DNA of 64,000 nucleotides from Candidatus Anaeroferrophillacea bacterium (GTDB taxonomy: Bacteria; Desulfobacterota; Anaeroferrophillalia; Anaeroferrophillales; Anaeroferrophillaceae), in contig JAFGAM010000126.1 in assembly GCA_016933675.1 (NCBI GenBank), forward strand, positions 16,905 to 80,904, in the 5' to 3' direction. Below, in pieces: positions 7,966 to 18,298 of this stretch. The notes under the pieces were generated by a model. The model saw nothing but the letters and a program-made list of their open reading frames with translations. It ran no database searches and was not told the DNA's origin. Each line of letters opens with the position of its first letter. Position 1 is the stretch's first letter. The translations under genes were made by a program, and so were the position numbers.

Positions 7966-10101
7966 ATGATGCTGGCCGATGAAATCCTCGTCAACCTGTT
8001 GAAAGAGCGCGGTGTGATCACCGACCGGGAGTTGCGTAATGCCGCCGAGCGGCGGTGCAACCAGGAGGTGCCGGAGTCCCTCGAGGCCTGTCTGCTGTTT
8101 CTCGGCATAGCGGATTACGCCCGGTTGGGAGAGGCCTACGCGGCCCATTTCGGACTGTCGTACCATCCCGTTTTTCACCAGGGATTTTCCCTCGATCTGG
8201 CCGGCCGGTTGACGACGCCGCTGGTGGAGAAGCTGCAGGTACTGCCCCTGGCCCACGACGATATCCACCTGACGGTGGTGACCGCCGATCCCCGGCAGCA
8301 GGTGGCACTGGAGGAGGTGCGGCAGCGGCTGCGGGCGCGAAGTGTTGTCTGTCGGGTGGCCTCGGCGGTGGAAATCGGGGATGCAATCCAGCGCCGCCTG
8401 TTGCAGCGACCCGTGTCTCGTGAACGCCGGGGCATCGAGCTGCCCTTCGATTTCAAGATTATCGACTATCATTTCGAGCCGGAAAACGCCGGGGACGAAC
8501 CCCGCATCGCTCGGCCTGAAGGTGCCGCGCCCCGGGGACGGCTGATCGTCGTCGAACCGGACCACGAGGTGCGCCAGGCCCTGTCGGCGCTCCTCGGCCG
8601 CGAAGGTTACGCCGTGACGGCGGTGGTCGACGAGGGCGAGGCGGTGCGCCGGCTCGCGCAGGAGCCGGCGGATTATATCCTCGAGCGGCGTTCGTTTCGC
8701 AGCCGCAGCCATGAGCTTGCGGTTTATCTCGAGACCGCCGCCAGGCGGCCGGACGTCAGGCACTACGGTTCGCTGGGCAGTGCGCTGCTGGGCGACGAAC
8801 TGGCGTCGGAACAGATCTTCCGCTCCTTTCTCGGGGTGGTGCGCCTGTTGCTGGAAATGCTCGCCGGCGGCGATGCCCGGCTGCTGGAGAACTGCCGCCG
8901 GCTGACCATGTACGCCCGTCTTCTGGGGGCCTCCATCGGGCTTTCCCGGCGCGAACTGCAGGCGACGCTGCTGGCAATCTATCTCAAGGAGATTTCGCGC
9001 TTCGGCCCGGCGGGGGGGGGTGGGGGGGATGATTTGTTCTGCATTATCCCCATGCTGCCATATGAGGATTCCGCCGAACTGCTCCGGGAACTGGACGACG
9101 GTTACGATCTCGCCGCCGTCATTGCCGGGATCAATCAGCCCCCAGCAGCCGAGCCGTCGCTGCCCGCCCGGGTGCTGACCCTGCTTTTGGCGTTCATGGC
9201 CATTCGCGAGCGGCAGCCGGAGATCATGAAGCAGCCGACCGAACTGCGCCGGGCGCTGGAAGCCGAAAAGCCCGATCTGCTGGACGCGAAGCTGGTGGAA
9301 CAACTGGTGCAGCTTGTCGCCCACGAGAACCGGCTGGCAGGATCGTCCGCCGACGATCGTACCATCATTGTCATCGATCCTTTTTTCGAACGGGATCAGC
9401 AGGCCCTTTATCAACGGTTGCTCGCCGCGGGATACGATATTGAATACGTTCTGCGCGCCGACCGGGCGCTGGCGCGGATCGGCCAGGGAAACATCCGGGC
9501 GGTGCTCAGCGAGATCGCTTTCGAGGGCTACGACGGCCTGGCGTTCTGCCGCCGGCTGAGTGCCGGAGACGGCGGCATACCCGAAGACCGCCGGCCGCCG
9601 TTCATCTTTCTCACCGCCCAGCCGGTGGACGAGCGCTTGCAGTCGCAGGCGATCCGTGCCGGGGCCGAGGATGTCTGGAGCCGGGATGCCGGGATCGAGG
9701 TGACGGTACTGAAACTCGACCGGCTGGTGGAGCGTCGCCGGCAGGCGGAGGCCGGGCAACGGGCCGCCGGCGGGGTTTCCGGCAGCCTCGCCGACATGGG
9801 GTTCATGGAGACGGTGCAGATTCTCGCCAACAGCGGTCGTGACGTGCGGGTCGAACTGGAGGATGCGGCGCAGAAACGGTCGGGAGCGGTGTGTGTTTAC
9901 GGCGGCGAGATCGTCCATGCGGTGTCCGGCCTCCTCGCCGGCGAGGAGGCGGTCTACGACCTGGTGACCTGGCGTGAGGGCACTTTTCAGGTCAGGGCCC
10001 TGAAAGAGGCTCCGGAACGCAACGTCACCGGCAGTACCGAGGCGATCATGCTGGAGGGCTGCCGGCTGATGGACGAGGAAAGCCGCGACGCGTGGTCATG
10101 A
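7966..10101 (+). CDS. multidomain signalling protein: MshEN (T2SSE_N) domain, two REC-like domains, DUF4388 domain
   Basis: 711 aa; GGGGAG RBS before ATG 7966; N-terminal approx 150 aa match the GspE/MshE N-terminal c-di-GMP-binding domain (LVEKLQVLPLAHDDIHLTVVTADP...). Two CheY-like segments follow: RLIVVEPDHEV... and RTIIVIDPF...AVLSEIAFEGYDG, with Glu at the phospho-acceptor position. The C-terminus is DUF4388-like (GSLADMGFMETVQIL...GEEAVYDLVTWREGTFQV). Confidence 0.6.
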   Translation: MMLADEILVNLLKERGVITDRELRNAAERRCNQEVPESLEACLLFLGIADYARLGEAYAAHFGLSYHPVFHQGFSLDLAGRLTTPLVEKLQVLPLAHDDIHLTVVTADPRQQVALEEVRQRLRARSVVCRVASAVEIGDAIQRRLLQRPVSRERRGIELPFDFKIIDYHFEPENAGDEPRIARPEGAAPRGRLIVVEPDHEVRQALSALLGREGYAVTAVVDEGEAVRRLAQEPADYILERRSFRSRSHELAVYLETAARRPDVRHYGSLGSALLGDELASEQIFRSFLGVVRLLLEMLAGGDARLLENCRRLTMYARLLGASIGLSRRELQATLLAIYLKEISRFGPAGGGGGDDLFCIIPMLPYEDSAELLRELDDGYDLAAVIAGINQPPAAEPSLPARVLTLLLAFMAIRERQPEIMKQPTELRRALEAEKPDLLDAKLVEQLVQLVAHENRLAGSSADDRTIIVIDPFFERDQQALYQRLLAAGYDIEYVLRADRALARIGQGNIRAVLSEIAFEGYDGLAFCRRLSAGDGGIPEDRRPPFIFLTAQPVDERLQSQAIRAGAEDVWSRDAGIEVTVLKLDRLVERRRQAEAGQRAAGGVSGSLADMGFMETVQILANSGRDVRVELEDAAQKRSGAVCVYGGEIVHAVSGLLAGEEAVYDLVTWREGTFQVRALKEAPERNVTGSTEAIMLEGCRLMDEESRDAWS
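9009..9028 (+). repeat. homopolymeric tract G9-T-G7 inside CDS
   Basis: sequence cgggggggggtgggggggat; encodes AGGGGGDD in frame; the longest G run in the window. Confidence 0.9.
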
Positions 10102-10752
10102 TGCCAGCACCTTGTCGATATCGTTTGTTTTTCCGAGCATGATGAGGACATCACTGTCCTTGATCCGGTATGTCGGCGGTGGCGCTGGGATGAACTGGTT
10201 GGTGAGGACATCCTTGATGGCGATGACCGAGAGGTGATAGGTCTTCCGCAGGTCCAGATCGATCAGGGTTTTGCCGAGGAAATGTTTGGGGGCCGAGGTT
10301 TCCGACAGGGAATATTCCTCCGCCAGGGGGATGTATTCGAGGATGTTGGGGCTCGAAATGTTCCGGGCGATGCGGATGGCCATGTCTTTTTCCGGGTAGA
10401 TGACATCCGTCGCTCCCACCCGGTCGAGGATTCTGCCGTGATCCTCGTTGACCGCCTTGACCAGGATGCGGCCGACCTTCAACTCCTTCAGATACAGCGT
10501 GATCAGCGTCGACAGGTGGGAACGGTCACCGGTCGAAACCACTACCGCGTCCATCTCCCGCACCCCCTGAGCATCCAGAAAATCCTTGTTGGCGGCGTCG
10601 CCGAGAATCGCGTAGGTGCAGATATCCTTGATTCCCTGGATCTTTTCCCGGTCGGTGTCGATGGCGGTGACCTCGTGGCCCTCCTGATAGAGGGTGGAAA
10701 CGATGTGGAAACCGAAATTTCCCAGGCCAATGACGCAGAATTTCCGTTTCAT
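10096..10752 (-). CDS. trkA: Trk/Ktr potassium uptake system NAD-binding protein
   Basis: ORF track 10096..11550; true start ATG (CAT 10750-10752) after AGGAAAAAA; MKRKFCVIGLGNFGFHIV Rossmann GxGxxG plus RCK C-domain; overlaps the convergent regulator gene end by 6 nt. Confidence 0.8.
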   Translation of the reverse strand: MKRKFCVIGLGNFGFHIVSTLYQEGHEVTAIDTDREKIQGIKDICTYAILGDAANKDFLDAQGVREMDAVVVSTGDRSHLSTLITLYLKELKVGRILVKAVNEDHGRILDRVGATDVIYPEKDMAIRIARNISSPNILEYIPLAEEYSLSETSAPKHFLGKTLIDLDLRKTYHLSVIAIKDVLTNQFIPAPPPTYRIKDSDVLIMLGKTNDIDKVLAS

Positions 10753-10820
10753 ACGTTGTTTTTTCCTGTCTTTCCGGTGTGCTTGCGCGTCCGGCCGGTG
10801 GTCCCGGCGGCCCGGGCCGG

Positions 10821-12227
10821 TCAGCCGATCATGATGTTTTCTTCGGCGTAGCGCGGCGCGTAGGGTCGGGGTCGTCCGGCGATGGCAAATGCCATGGTCA
10901 GCAGACCGACCCGGCCGACGAACATCAGCAGGATGATAATAAGCTTTCCCGGTGCGGTCAGGTACGTCGTTGCGCCGATGGACAGGCCGACGGTGCCGAA
11001 CGCGGAAAAGGCCTCGAACGTATAGCCGAGAAACTCCCGGGGATGTTCGTGAAGCATGTCCGGGCTCTGGACACTCAACAGACCGAACAGGGCCAGGGAG
11101 ACCATGATGATGGCCAGCAGCACCAGGGCCAGTGCCCTGGTGACCGCTTCGTCCGGGATTGTACGGCGGAACAGGGTGGTGTGCGGGTTGCCCCGGAGGC
11201 GATTGTAAAAAATGGCGAGAAACAGGGCCAGACTGGTGGTCTTGACCCCGCCGCCGGCGGAACCAGGCGAGGCGCCGACGAACATGAGAAAGATGATCAT
11301 GAACACCGTCGGTGCCCGGAACGTATTCAGGTCGACGGTGTTGAACCCGGCGGTACGGGCGCTCACCGATTGAAACAGCGCGGTCCAGATGCGCTCCGTC
11401 AAGGGCATCCCGAGGAGGGCGTTGTCCTTTTCCAGCCAGCCGATGAGCACCGCGCCGACGACAATCAGGAATCCGGTGGCGATCAGGACGATCCTTGAAT
11501 GCAGGGAACATTTCGACCGGGGTGCCCGCTGCCGACCGGGACGGGGGCACAACTGCAGCAGCTCCCGCAGTACCAGGAAGCCGATGCCTCCCAGAACGAT
11601 CAGCAGCATGATCGTGACATTGACCAGCGGGTTGGCCCGGAATCCGGTCAGACTGTCACTGAAAAGGGAGAAACCGGCGTTGCAGAAGGCCGAAACGGAG
11701 TGGAATACGGCGCTGTACAGCCCTTTCCGGAAACCGAGGGCGGGCACGAAAACAATGGCGAGCAACACCGCCCCGACGGCTTCCGTCACCAGGGTCAGGC
11801 GGACGATTTTCCGGATCAGCTCGCGCCATGAACTTACCGGCGTATGCATGAGGGTTTCGTTGATGATCCAGCGGCCGCGACTGCTGACCCCGATCCGCAG
11901 ATAGATGAACAGGTAGACCGAAAAGGTGGTGATGCCCAGGCCGCCGATCTGGATCAGGGCAAGAACCACGAGCTGGCCGAAGACCGACAGCCGGGCGCCG
12001 GTGTCAACGACGATCAGGCCGGTCACGCACTGGGCCGAGGTGGCAGTGAACAGGGCGTCGAGAAACGTAAGCGGGGTGCCGCGGGCCGCCGGCGGGGAGG
12101 CCAGCAGCAGGGTGCCGAGCAGAATGGCGCCGGCGTAATAACAGGTCAGGGTCTGGGCCGGCGACATGTTGGTGATCCGCTGCCGCCACCGGGCGGCAGC
12201 GGTTTTTTCCGGTTTCAGCTTATTCAT
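10821..12227 (-). CDS. trkH: Trk/Ktr family cation transporter, membrane subunit
   Basis: 468 aa polytopic membrane protein; TrkH/KtrB pore-loop pattern (TGLIVVDT, IGGLGITTF, GFNTVD, ASPGSAGGGVKT). Confidence 0.85.
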   Translation of the reverse strand: MNKLKPEKTAAARWRQRITNMSPAQTLTCYYAGAILLGTLLLASPPAARGTPLTFLDALFTATSAQCVTGLIVVDTGARLSVFGQLVVLALIQIGGLGITTFSVYLFIYLRIGVSSRGRWIINETLMHTPVSSWRELIRKIVRLTLVTEAVGAVLLAIVFVPALGFRKGLYSAVFHSVSAFCNAGFSLFSDSLTGFRANPLVNVTIMLLIVLGGIGFLVLRELLQLCPRPGRQRAPRSKCSLHSRIVLIATGFLIVVGAVLIGWLEKDNALLGMPLTERIWTALFQSVSARTAGFNTVDLNTFRAPTVFMIIFLMFVGASPGSAGGGVKTTSLALFLAIFYNRLRGNPHTTLFRRTIPDEAVTRALALVLLAIIMVSLALFGLLSVQSPDMLHEHPREFLGYTFEAFSAFGTVGLSIGATTYLTAPGKLIIILLMFVGRVGLLTMAFAIAGRPRPYAPRYAEENIMIG

Positions 12228-12819
12228 GCCGGAAGGTCGCGCCGGAAAGCACCAGATCGTCCCGCGAGGCCATCAGATCGATCTTGTGCCGCAGTTCGCG
12301 GAATCGGACATCAACTGTCGGGTGTGTGCTCGTCCCGGCTTCCGGCACCCGGTCGGTGGGTCGACGCTCGATTTCCATCCGCAGCGTTTCGATCATCACG
12401 ATGGGTTCCCGTACGGCCCGTTCGACTGTGGTGCCGCCGCTGCTGCCGATTTCCCGTAACCGGATTTCCGCCCGGCGCAAACACTCCACGGCGGCATCGG
12501 GGCGCCGCCGGGCGTGCAGGCGGCGGGCGTCATCCACCTGCCTTCTGATCTCCGTTATCGGGATAGCGTAGCAGACCAGGATGAGGGCCCGTTCCTCCGC
12601 TTCGGCAAGATGCCGCCGGGCCTCCGGAAAACGTCGTTTACCGTCCAGTTCGTCCCGCAGCCGGTGCAATACGGCCAGCAACCGTTCGCCCGCCGTGTTC
12701 AGGTATGAAAAATCGACCTCATCGGGCACATTCGCCTGGTTTTCGGTGCCATCCCGGTTATGTCCGCAGGCGATAAAGAGCGGCAGGACGACGAAAATCA
12801 GCACGACGGTTCGTTTCAT
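12220..12819 (-). CDS. hypothetical lipoprotein
   Basis: start taken at MKRTVVLIFVVLPLFIACG (lipobox LFIAC); Arg/Glu-rich helical body; overlaps trkH start by 8 nt. Confidence 0.4.
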   Translation of the reverse strand: MKRTVVLIFVVLPLFIACGHNRDGTENQANVPDEVDFSYLNTAGERLLAVLHRLRDELDGKRRFPEARRHLAEAEERALILVCYAIPITEIRRQVDDARRLHARRRPDAAVECLRRAEIRLREIGSSGGTTVERAVREPIVMIETLRMEIERRPTDRVPEAGTSTHPTVDVRFRELRHKIDLMASRDDLVLSGATFRHE

Positions 12820-12893
12820 GAGCGGCTCCATCCCGGTGGTGATATGCATGGTGTCTGCCGGATCGGGGCAGATGGTGGTCGCGGATACCCGTC

Positions 12894-14744
12894 TCAGGCC
12901 TGTCCGGCCGGCGGCAGGGTGAAACGGAAGGTGCTGCCCGCGCCAGGGGCGGATTCCACCCTGATGGTGCCGCCATGGGCCCGGACGATCTCCCGGCAGA
13001 TGGCGAGTCCCAGGCCCGCACCGCCCGCCTCCCGTCCTTTCACCTGGACGAATTTCCGGAATATTATCGCCTGGTATTCGGGCGGTATCCCCGGCCCGTT
13101 GTCATGTACCGACAGCTCTATCTGCCCCGCCGCATGCCGGGCGGCAAGCCGGATCCGGCCGCTTTCGGGTACGTACCGCAGGGCGTTCGAGATCAGGTTG
13201 GTCAACACCCAGGTGATCTTGTTGGCATCCGCCCGGACGTCCGGCAGGTGGTGGTCCACTTCCTGGGCGAAATCGATGTGTCGGTGCGCGAACTGACCGT
13301 GGAAAATTGTCTGCACGTGCTCGAAGAGCCGTACGACCGGAACCGGTTCGAACTCCAACTTGATGCTGCCTGATTCCATCCGGGAAATATCCAACAGATC
13401 ACCGACCAGATTCTTCATCCGCCGCACCTCTTCATGGGCCGTATCGAGCAGGTCGCGGTCCTTTTCCGCCAGCATGTCCGCCGCGTGTTCCCGCAGGAGG
13501 CCGACGCTCATCTCCAGGCTGGTCAGGGGCGTGCGCAATTCGTGCGAAGCGGCCATGAAGAACTCGTTTTTGAGCTGTTCGACTTCCTTCAGGCGGGTAA
13601 CGTCGCGCAGGAGCAGGACAATGCCTGACAACCCGCCGTCCCGGCCACGAATCGTGGTGATGGAAAACAGGCAGTGTCGCGGCCGGCCGGCCGGGGCCAG
13701 CCGGATGATCCGTCGCTCTTCAGGGATCTCCGGGGGAAAGCCGTTCTCCACGGTCTGCCGGATCAGCGCGCTCAGCTCGGGGTCGGGAATGATCTCGGCG
13801 CCCCGGGCCGGAGAAGCTTCGGGAGATGTGAGTCCCAGCATCTGCCGGGCTGCCGGGTTGATGGCGGTGGCCCGGAGATCTGGGTCGAACACCACCAGCC
13901 CGTCCGCGATGCCGGACAGAATCGCCTCGCCCTTGTTTTTTTCGGCGATGATCTGGTCGATGTCCATCTCGTGGTACTGCTGCAGCCGGGACGACATCCG
14001 GTTGAACTCGTCCGCCAGGCGGCCCAGCTCGTCGCCGGTGTCAACCGGTACCCGGACCGCGTACTCGCCCGCGGCCATCCGCCGCAGCGCTGCCATGAAG
14101 TGCCGCAGGGGGCGGGCGATCCTCTCGGCCAGGAAGATGCTGAAGAACAGTGCCGCCGCCAGGGCCGCGGCGGATACCACCGATGTGGACCAGATGGCCC
14201 GCCGGGCTGTCTTCCGGGCGTTCATTCCGGTGGCGTACATGGCTTCCTCGTTCAGGCGCCGAAAATCGATGCAGGCATTGCGGACGTGCCGGAAAAGGGG
14301 GTGAATCGTTTCCCGGTAAACCGCGGGAAGGGGAGCCGGAGACGCCGGGTCGGCAGCCGCGGCGCGAGCATCGGTCCAGGCGGAAAACCGTTTGCGGTAG
14401 ACGCTGTATCCGGTATCGATGGTGCCGATCAGGCCCTCCTCACCGGCGATGGTGACGTTGTCACGGGCACGGCCGAGCCATTCGAGAAAGACCGCCTCGT
14501 TATCCCTGAACAGCGCCGTACCGTCCGCTTCGTTGCCGAGGAAGAACATCAGAACCCCGCTGTCCTGGCGCTCCAGGGCGTCGATCATGCTGCCGGCGGC
14601 GAGGATGCTGCGGTAGTTTTCACTCAGTATGGCCTCCGAGGCCCGACTCAGGGCAACGAGATTCGTGACCGCCCAGGCGGTCACGAGGCCCATGAGGCAG
14701 AACGAGATACCGTAACCGATGAGAATCCTCTTTTTCAGTGTCAT
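12894..14744 (-). CDS. sensor histidine kinase (TM-HAMP-PAS-HisKA-HATPase)
   Basis: start taken at MTLKKRIL (CAT 14742-14744); two TM segments flank a periplasmic domain; H-box MAASHELRTPLTSL; ATPase G-boxes (DNGPGIP, GGAGLGLAICREIV). Confidence 0.8.
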   Translation of the reverse strand: MTLKKRILIGYGISFCLMGLVTAWAVTNLVALSRASEAILSENYRSILAAGSMIDALERQDSGVLMFFLGNEADGTALFRDNEAVFLEWLGRARDNVTIAGEEGLIGTIDTGYSVYRKRFSAWTDARAAAADPASPAPLPAVYRETIHPLFRHVRNACIDFRRLNEEAMYATGMNARKTARRAIWSTSVVSAAALAAALFFSIFLAERIARPLRHFMAALRRMAAGEYAVRVPVDTGDELGRLADEFNRMSSRLQQYHEMDIDQIIAEKNKGEAILSGIADGLVVFDPDLRATAINPAARQMLGLTSPEASPARGAEIIPDPELSALIRQTVENGFPPEIPEERRIIRLAPAGRPRHCLFSITTIRGRDGGLSGIVLLLRDVTRLKEVEQLKNEFFMAASHELRTPLTSLEMSVGLLREHAADMLAEKDRDLLDTAHEEVRRMKNLVGDLLDISRMESGSIKLEFEPVPVVRLFEHVQTIFHGQFAHRHIDFAQEVDHHLPDVRADANKITWVLTNLISNALRYVPESGRIRLAARHAAGQIELSVHDNGPGIPPEYQAIIFRKFVQVKGREAGGAGLGLAICREIVRAHGGTIRVESAPGAGSTFRFTLPPAGQA

Positions 14745-15054
14745 GGGAAACCATGTCCTTCGCCCGCCTCGCTGCGGCGGGGCCTGTATCGGGTCCGTGG
14801 TGCGTATTCGGCGAATTGCGGGCGCAGATGCGTGTGCGTCGGTCCGGTCACCGGAATGATGGAGCAATGGTTGTGCCATAACGGGGTGGACAGTGGATCT
14901 TCGCGCGCTACGGACGGTTTTACGGCGGCCGACGCGGCCTGCCGGATGCGGAAAGCCGGCGGCGGGGCGGTCGCGGGTCGTGGCGGTGGTGAAGGGTGGA
15001 TTGCGGATTGAAAGGGATGACGGTCCGGGGGCTTGCAGAATGCAAGGTCAGTGA

Positions 15055-16383
15055 TCAGATGCCGTAGGCTTTTCTTCGGCGCCAGAGGGTTGCCTGGTCG
15101 ATGCCCAGAATGTCCGCCGCATCCTGAAGGGATGCGGTGCCGGCAAGGACGCGCCGGATATGGAGTTCCTCGATGGTGGCCAGGGATACCGGGTCGCCGA
15201 TGGCCGGCGTGCCGACAGCGGGATTGACGGTAACGGCCAGGTCCATGGTTTTGATGTGATCACTGCCGCCCAGGATCACGGCACGTTCGATGACATTGCG
15301 CAGCTCCCGGACATTGCCGGGCCAGGAGTAGCGCACCAGTGCCTCCCGGGCCCCGGGACTGAAGCCGAGTACCGTCTTGTGGTTGACGGTGCCGAAATGG
15401 GCCAGGAAATCATCCGCGATCGGCAGGATATCTTCCCGGCGGTCGCGCAACGGGGGGATGGTGACATTGATCACGTTGAGGCGGTAGAACAGATCTTCCC
15501 GGAACCTTCCCGCCGCCACCCGTTGTTCCAGGTCGGCATTGGTGGCCGCGAGGATACGCACATCGGCCTTGCGGGGGGTCGCATCGCCGAGCCGTTCATA
15601 CTCTTTGTCCTGAATGAAGCGCAGCAATTTCGCCTGGACTCCCGGCGGCATGTCGCCGATCTCGTCCAGGAAAAGGGTGCCGCCCTCGCAGGCGGCGATG
15701 CGGCCGGGGCTTTCGGCGGTCGCCCCGGTAAATGCCCCCCGGACATGGCCGAACAGTTCGCTTTCCAGCAGGTCCGGGGGAACCGCCGGACACGAGACGA
15801 TAGTCAGGGGCTTGTCGACCCTGGGGCTCCATCGATGGATTGCCCGGGCAAAGACCGATTTTCCCGTTCCGCTTTCACCCTGGAGCAGGACGATGGCCTG
15901 GGAGGCCGCGGCTCGCTTCATCGTCTCGATTACGTTCTGCATCTGCGGATTGGTGCTGAACAGCCGCTCTTCCGGGGTGAACCGCTGCATCTTCTCACGC
16001 AATGCGGCGATCTCGACCTCGAGCCGGCGAATGCCGGCGATCCTGCTGGTGATGATCCTGATCTGCTCGGGGCTGAACGGTTTGGCGATGTAGTCCGTGG
16101 CCCCCTGCCGGATCGCTTCCACCGCGGTTTCGATGGATGCATGGGCGGTGATGACGACGATCTTGGTCCACGGCGAAATCGTCAGCAGGGCGGGGATGAG
16201 CCCCATGCCGTCATCGTCGCCGAGGCGGAGGTCGACGAAGGCCAGGTCAAAAGACCGCCGGCCGGTCTCCGCAACGGCATCGGCGGGGTTGCTCACCGTT
16301 ACCACCGTATGTCCCGCTGCCGTCAGGCAGTAGGACATGGTTTTGCGGATGTTTACCTCGTCGTCGACCACCAGAATATACAT
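15055..16383 (-). CDS. sigma-54-dependent response regulator (NtrC family: REC-AAA+-HTH)
   Basis: start MYILVVDDE (CAT 16381-16383) after AGGAA; Walker A GESGTGKS; GAFTGA motif; C-terminal Fis-type HTH. Confidence 0.85.
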   Translation of the reverse strand: MYILVVDDEVNIRKTMSYCLTAAGHTVVTVSNPADAVAETGRRSFDLAFVDLRLGDDDGMGLIPALLTISPWTKIVVITAHASIETAVEAIRQGATDYIAKPFSPEQIRIITSRIAGIRRLEVEIAALREKMQRFTPEERLFSTNPQMQNVIETMKRAAASQAIVLLQGESGTGKSVFARAIHRWSPRVDKPLTIVSCPAVPPDLLESELFGHVRGAFTGATAESPGRIAACEGGTLFLDEIGDMPPGVQAKLLRFIQDKEYERLGDATPRKADVRILAATNADLEQRVAAGRFREDLFYRLNVINVTIPPLRDRREDILPIADDFLAHFGTVNHKTVLGFSPGAREALVRYSWPGNVRELRNVIERAVILGGSDHIKTMDLAVTVNPAVGTPAIGDPVSLATIEELHIRRVLAGTASLQDAADILGIDQATLWRRRKAYGI

Positions 16384-16471
16384 CGCATTCCTCTGTTGCC
16401 GCGGTCCGACGGGCGTTCGGGGTCGCGGATGCCGTTCATCCCGCGGTAGCGTTCCGGATATGAACCGGTTT

Positions 16472-17986
16472 TCAGGTGTCACCGTGCCGGGTAGCGTCAT
16501 AATCGGCAATGATCTTCAGGATCGTGTCCGCTGGCAGCGGTCGGTGCTCCGGCACCTGCCGCAGGCGGTTGTAGTCGGCGATCTCCGCCGCCCTTGCGGC
16601 ATCACCAAGTTCCCGGGCGGCGATATCGGCCAGGGAGGCCGGCGTCGCCAGCCGGACGATACGCACCCGCGGCGGTTCGATGGCGGCGGCTTCCGCCGTG
16701 CCGACTTCCTGCAAGCGCCCCCCCAGCAGATCCAGTTCACTGCCTGAATCCGCCAGGCTCACCACCAGTAGCCAACGGTCGCGGCGATCCACCGCGGCGA
16801 CATCGAGATTCACCGCCCGGCCGTTGGCATCCGCCCGGTAGCGCCGTACCTGCCCGGTGCCCCCGGCCAGGGTGATGCCGTCCCATCCCCGCAGGGTTGC
16901 CTTTTTATCCTTCATGTAGCCGTCGATGAGGGTTGCCGGCGCGGGGGCCGGTTGGCCGGTGGCGGGTTCACCGTTGACGAGCAGGAGCTGACGCCGGTTA
17001 TCGGCGGTACGCCACAGGATGCCCCGACCGACCACTTTCGACGTGCGGTTTTCGGGTAACGTCAGTCGCAGCCGGTAATACCGGTTCCAGTAGATCCCGT
17101 CCCGAATGAATCCCGCCTGCGCTCCCGGACCGTAGCGCATGCCGTCGATGGCGCGGTAAAAGGCTTCCTGGTCATGGCGGCGGGCGGCCGGGTATTGACG
17201 TTCCAGTTCGCCGGCCAGTGCGGCGGTGTGGGCCACCCGCTCGGCGGTCAGCGGGTGGGAGGCCGAGAGCGCTTGCAGCAGGCCCGGATCGTCATTGTGC
17301 AGCTCGTCCAGGCGGTCGAGAAAACCGCTCATGGCCCGCGGGTCGTAGCCCGCCCGGGCGGTGTAGCGGGTGCCCAGGGCGTCCGCTTCACGTTCGTGGT
17401 CGCGGCTGTATTTCTGCCCCACGAGACCGAGCAGGGTGCCGCTCACCTGCTGCCAGGCGGAGGAGCCGGTGGCGGCACCGACGGCGGCGGTGAGGATGTT
17501 CATCCCCAGCGCGGTCTGCAGCCGCTTCATGTTGTGGCGGGCGTTGACGTGGCCGAGTTCGTGGCCGATGACCGCGGCGAGCTGGGCCTCGTCGGTGAAT
17601 TCGGCAAGAATGCCGCGGGTGAGGTAGACGTAGCCGCCGGGCAGGGCGAAGGCATTGATGTCGCCGCTGTCGATGACGGTGAAATGGTAGTTGAGACGGC
17701 GTTCACAGTTTTCGCTTACCCGTTCACCGACGGCGGTAACGTAGCGCTGCAGGGGTTCGTTGTCGTCGCGACCGTACTGCTCCAGTACCTGGTCGTGGGC
17801 CCGGCGGCCCATGGCGATCTCCCGGTCGTCGCTGAAGAGCATGATCTCGCTTGCCCCGGTGACCGGGTTGGTGGCGCAGCCGGCCGTTGCCAGCAGGGCC
17901 AGGAGCACTGCCGGGATGAGGATGAAAAGAAGCGCCGCGCCGGTTTTTTTGGCGTCGGCTGGAGTGACAGGTTGGCAGTTTTCCAT
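16472..17986 (-). CDS. M48-family zinc metallopeptidase lipoprotein with C-terminal LysM-like domain
   Basis: 504 aa; lipobox LATAGC; HELGHV zinc motif; C-terminal VRIVRLATPASLADIAARELGDAARAAEIADYNRL resembles LysM. Confidence 0.6.
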   Translation of the reverse strand: MENCQPVTPADAKKTGAALLFILIPAVLLALLATAGCATNPVTGASEIMLFSDDREIAMGRRAHDQVLEQYGRDDNEPLQRYVTAVGERVSENCERRLNYHFTVIDSGDINAFALPGGYVYLTRGILAEFTDEAQLAAVIGHELGHVNARHNMKRLQTALGMNILTAAVGAATGSSAWQQVSGTLLGLVGQKYSRDHEREADALGTRYTARAGYDPRAMSGFLDRLDELHNDDPGLLQALSASHPLTAERVAHTAALAGELERQYPAARRHDQEAFYRAIDGMRYGPGAQAGFIRDGIYWNRYYRLRLTLPENRTSKVVGRGILWRTADNRRQLLLVNGEPATGQPAPAPATLIDGYMKDKKATLRGWDGITLAGGTGQVRRYRADANGRAVNLDVAAVDRRDRWLLVVSLADSGSELDLLGGRLQEVGTAEAAAIEPPRVRIVRLATPASLADIAARELGDAARAAEIADYNRLRQVPEHRPLPADTILKIIADYDATRHGDT

Positions 17987-17998
17987 GTTCGCTGGTTC

Positions 17999-18298
17999 TC
18001 AGACTCGGTCTTGCCAAACTCGTGGGTTCCGCTTCGCGTGGGCAACTGCAATGATGGAAACGCTTCGCTCTCCCTCGACAAAGAAAATTCCATAAGGGAA
18101 ACGCCGCATTAGAGCACGCCTAATAATGCCTTTGTACACCACCGGATAAAGCTGAGGATTCCTTTCGATTGACGCCATCACCGCATCCACGCACAAGAGA
18201 AATTCCCCGCCCAAATCAATAACTTGTTGCTCATACCACTGGTATGCCTCGGCAGATCGACTTCGGCTTCCGCTCTGACGATCACCAGTTTCTTCACG
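17999..18298 (-). pseudogene. ParE/RelE-family toxin, frameshifted
   Basis: reading the minus strand, a GTG start overlaps the antitoxin stop (GTGA) and gives VKKLVIVRAEAEVDL; the toxin body (AEAYQWYEQQVIDLGGEFLL...VAHAKRNPRVW) lies in another frame; a single G appears missing near 18252 (ctgGccgag). Confidence 0.5.
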
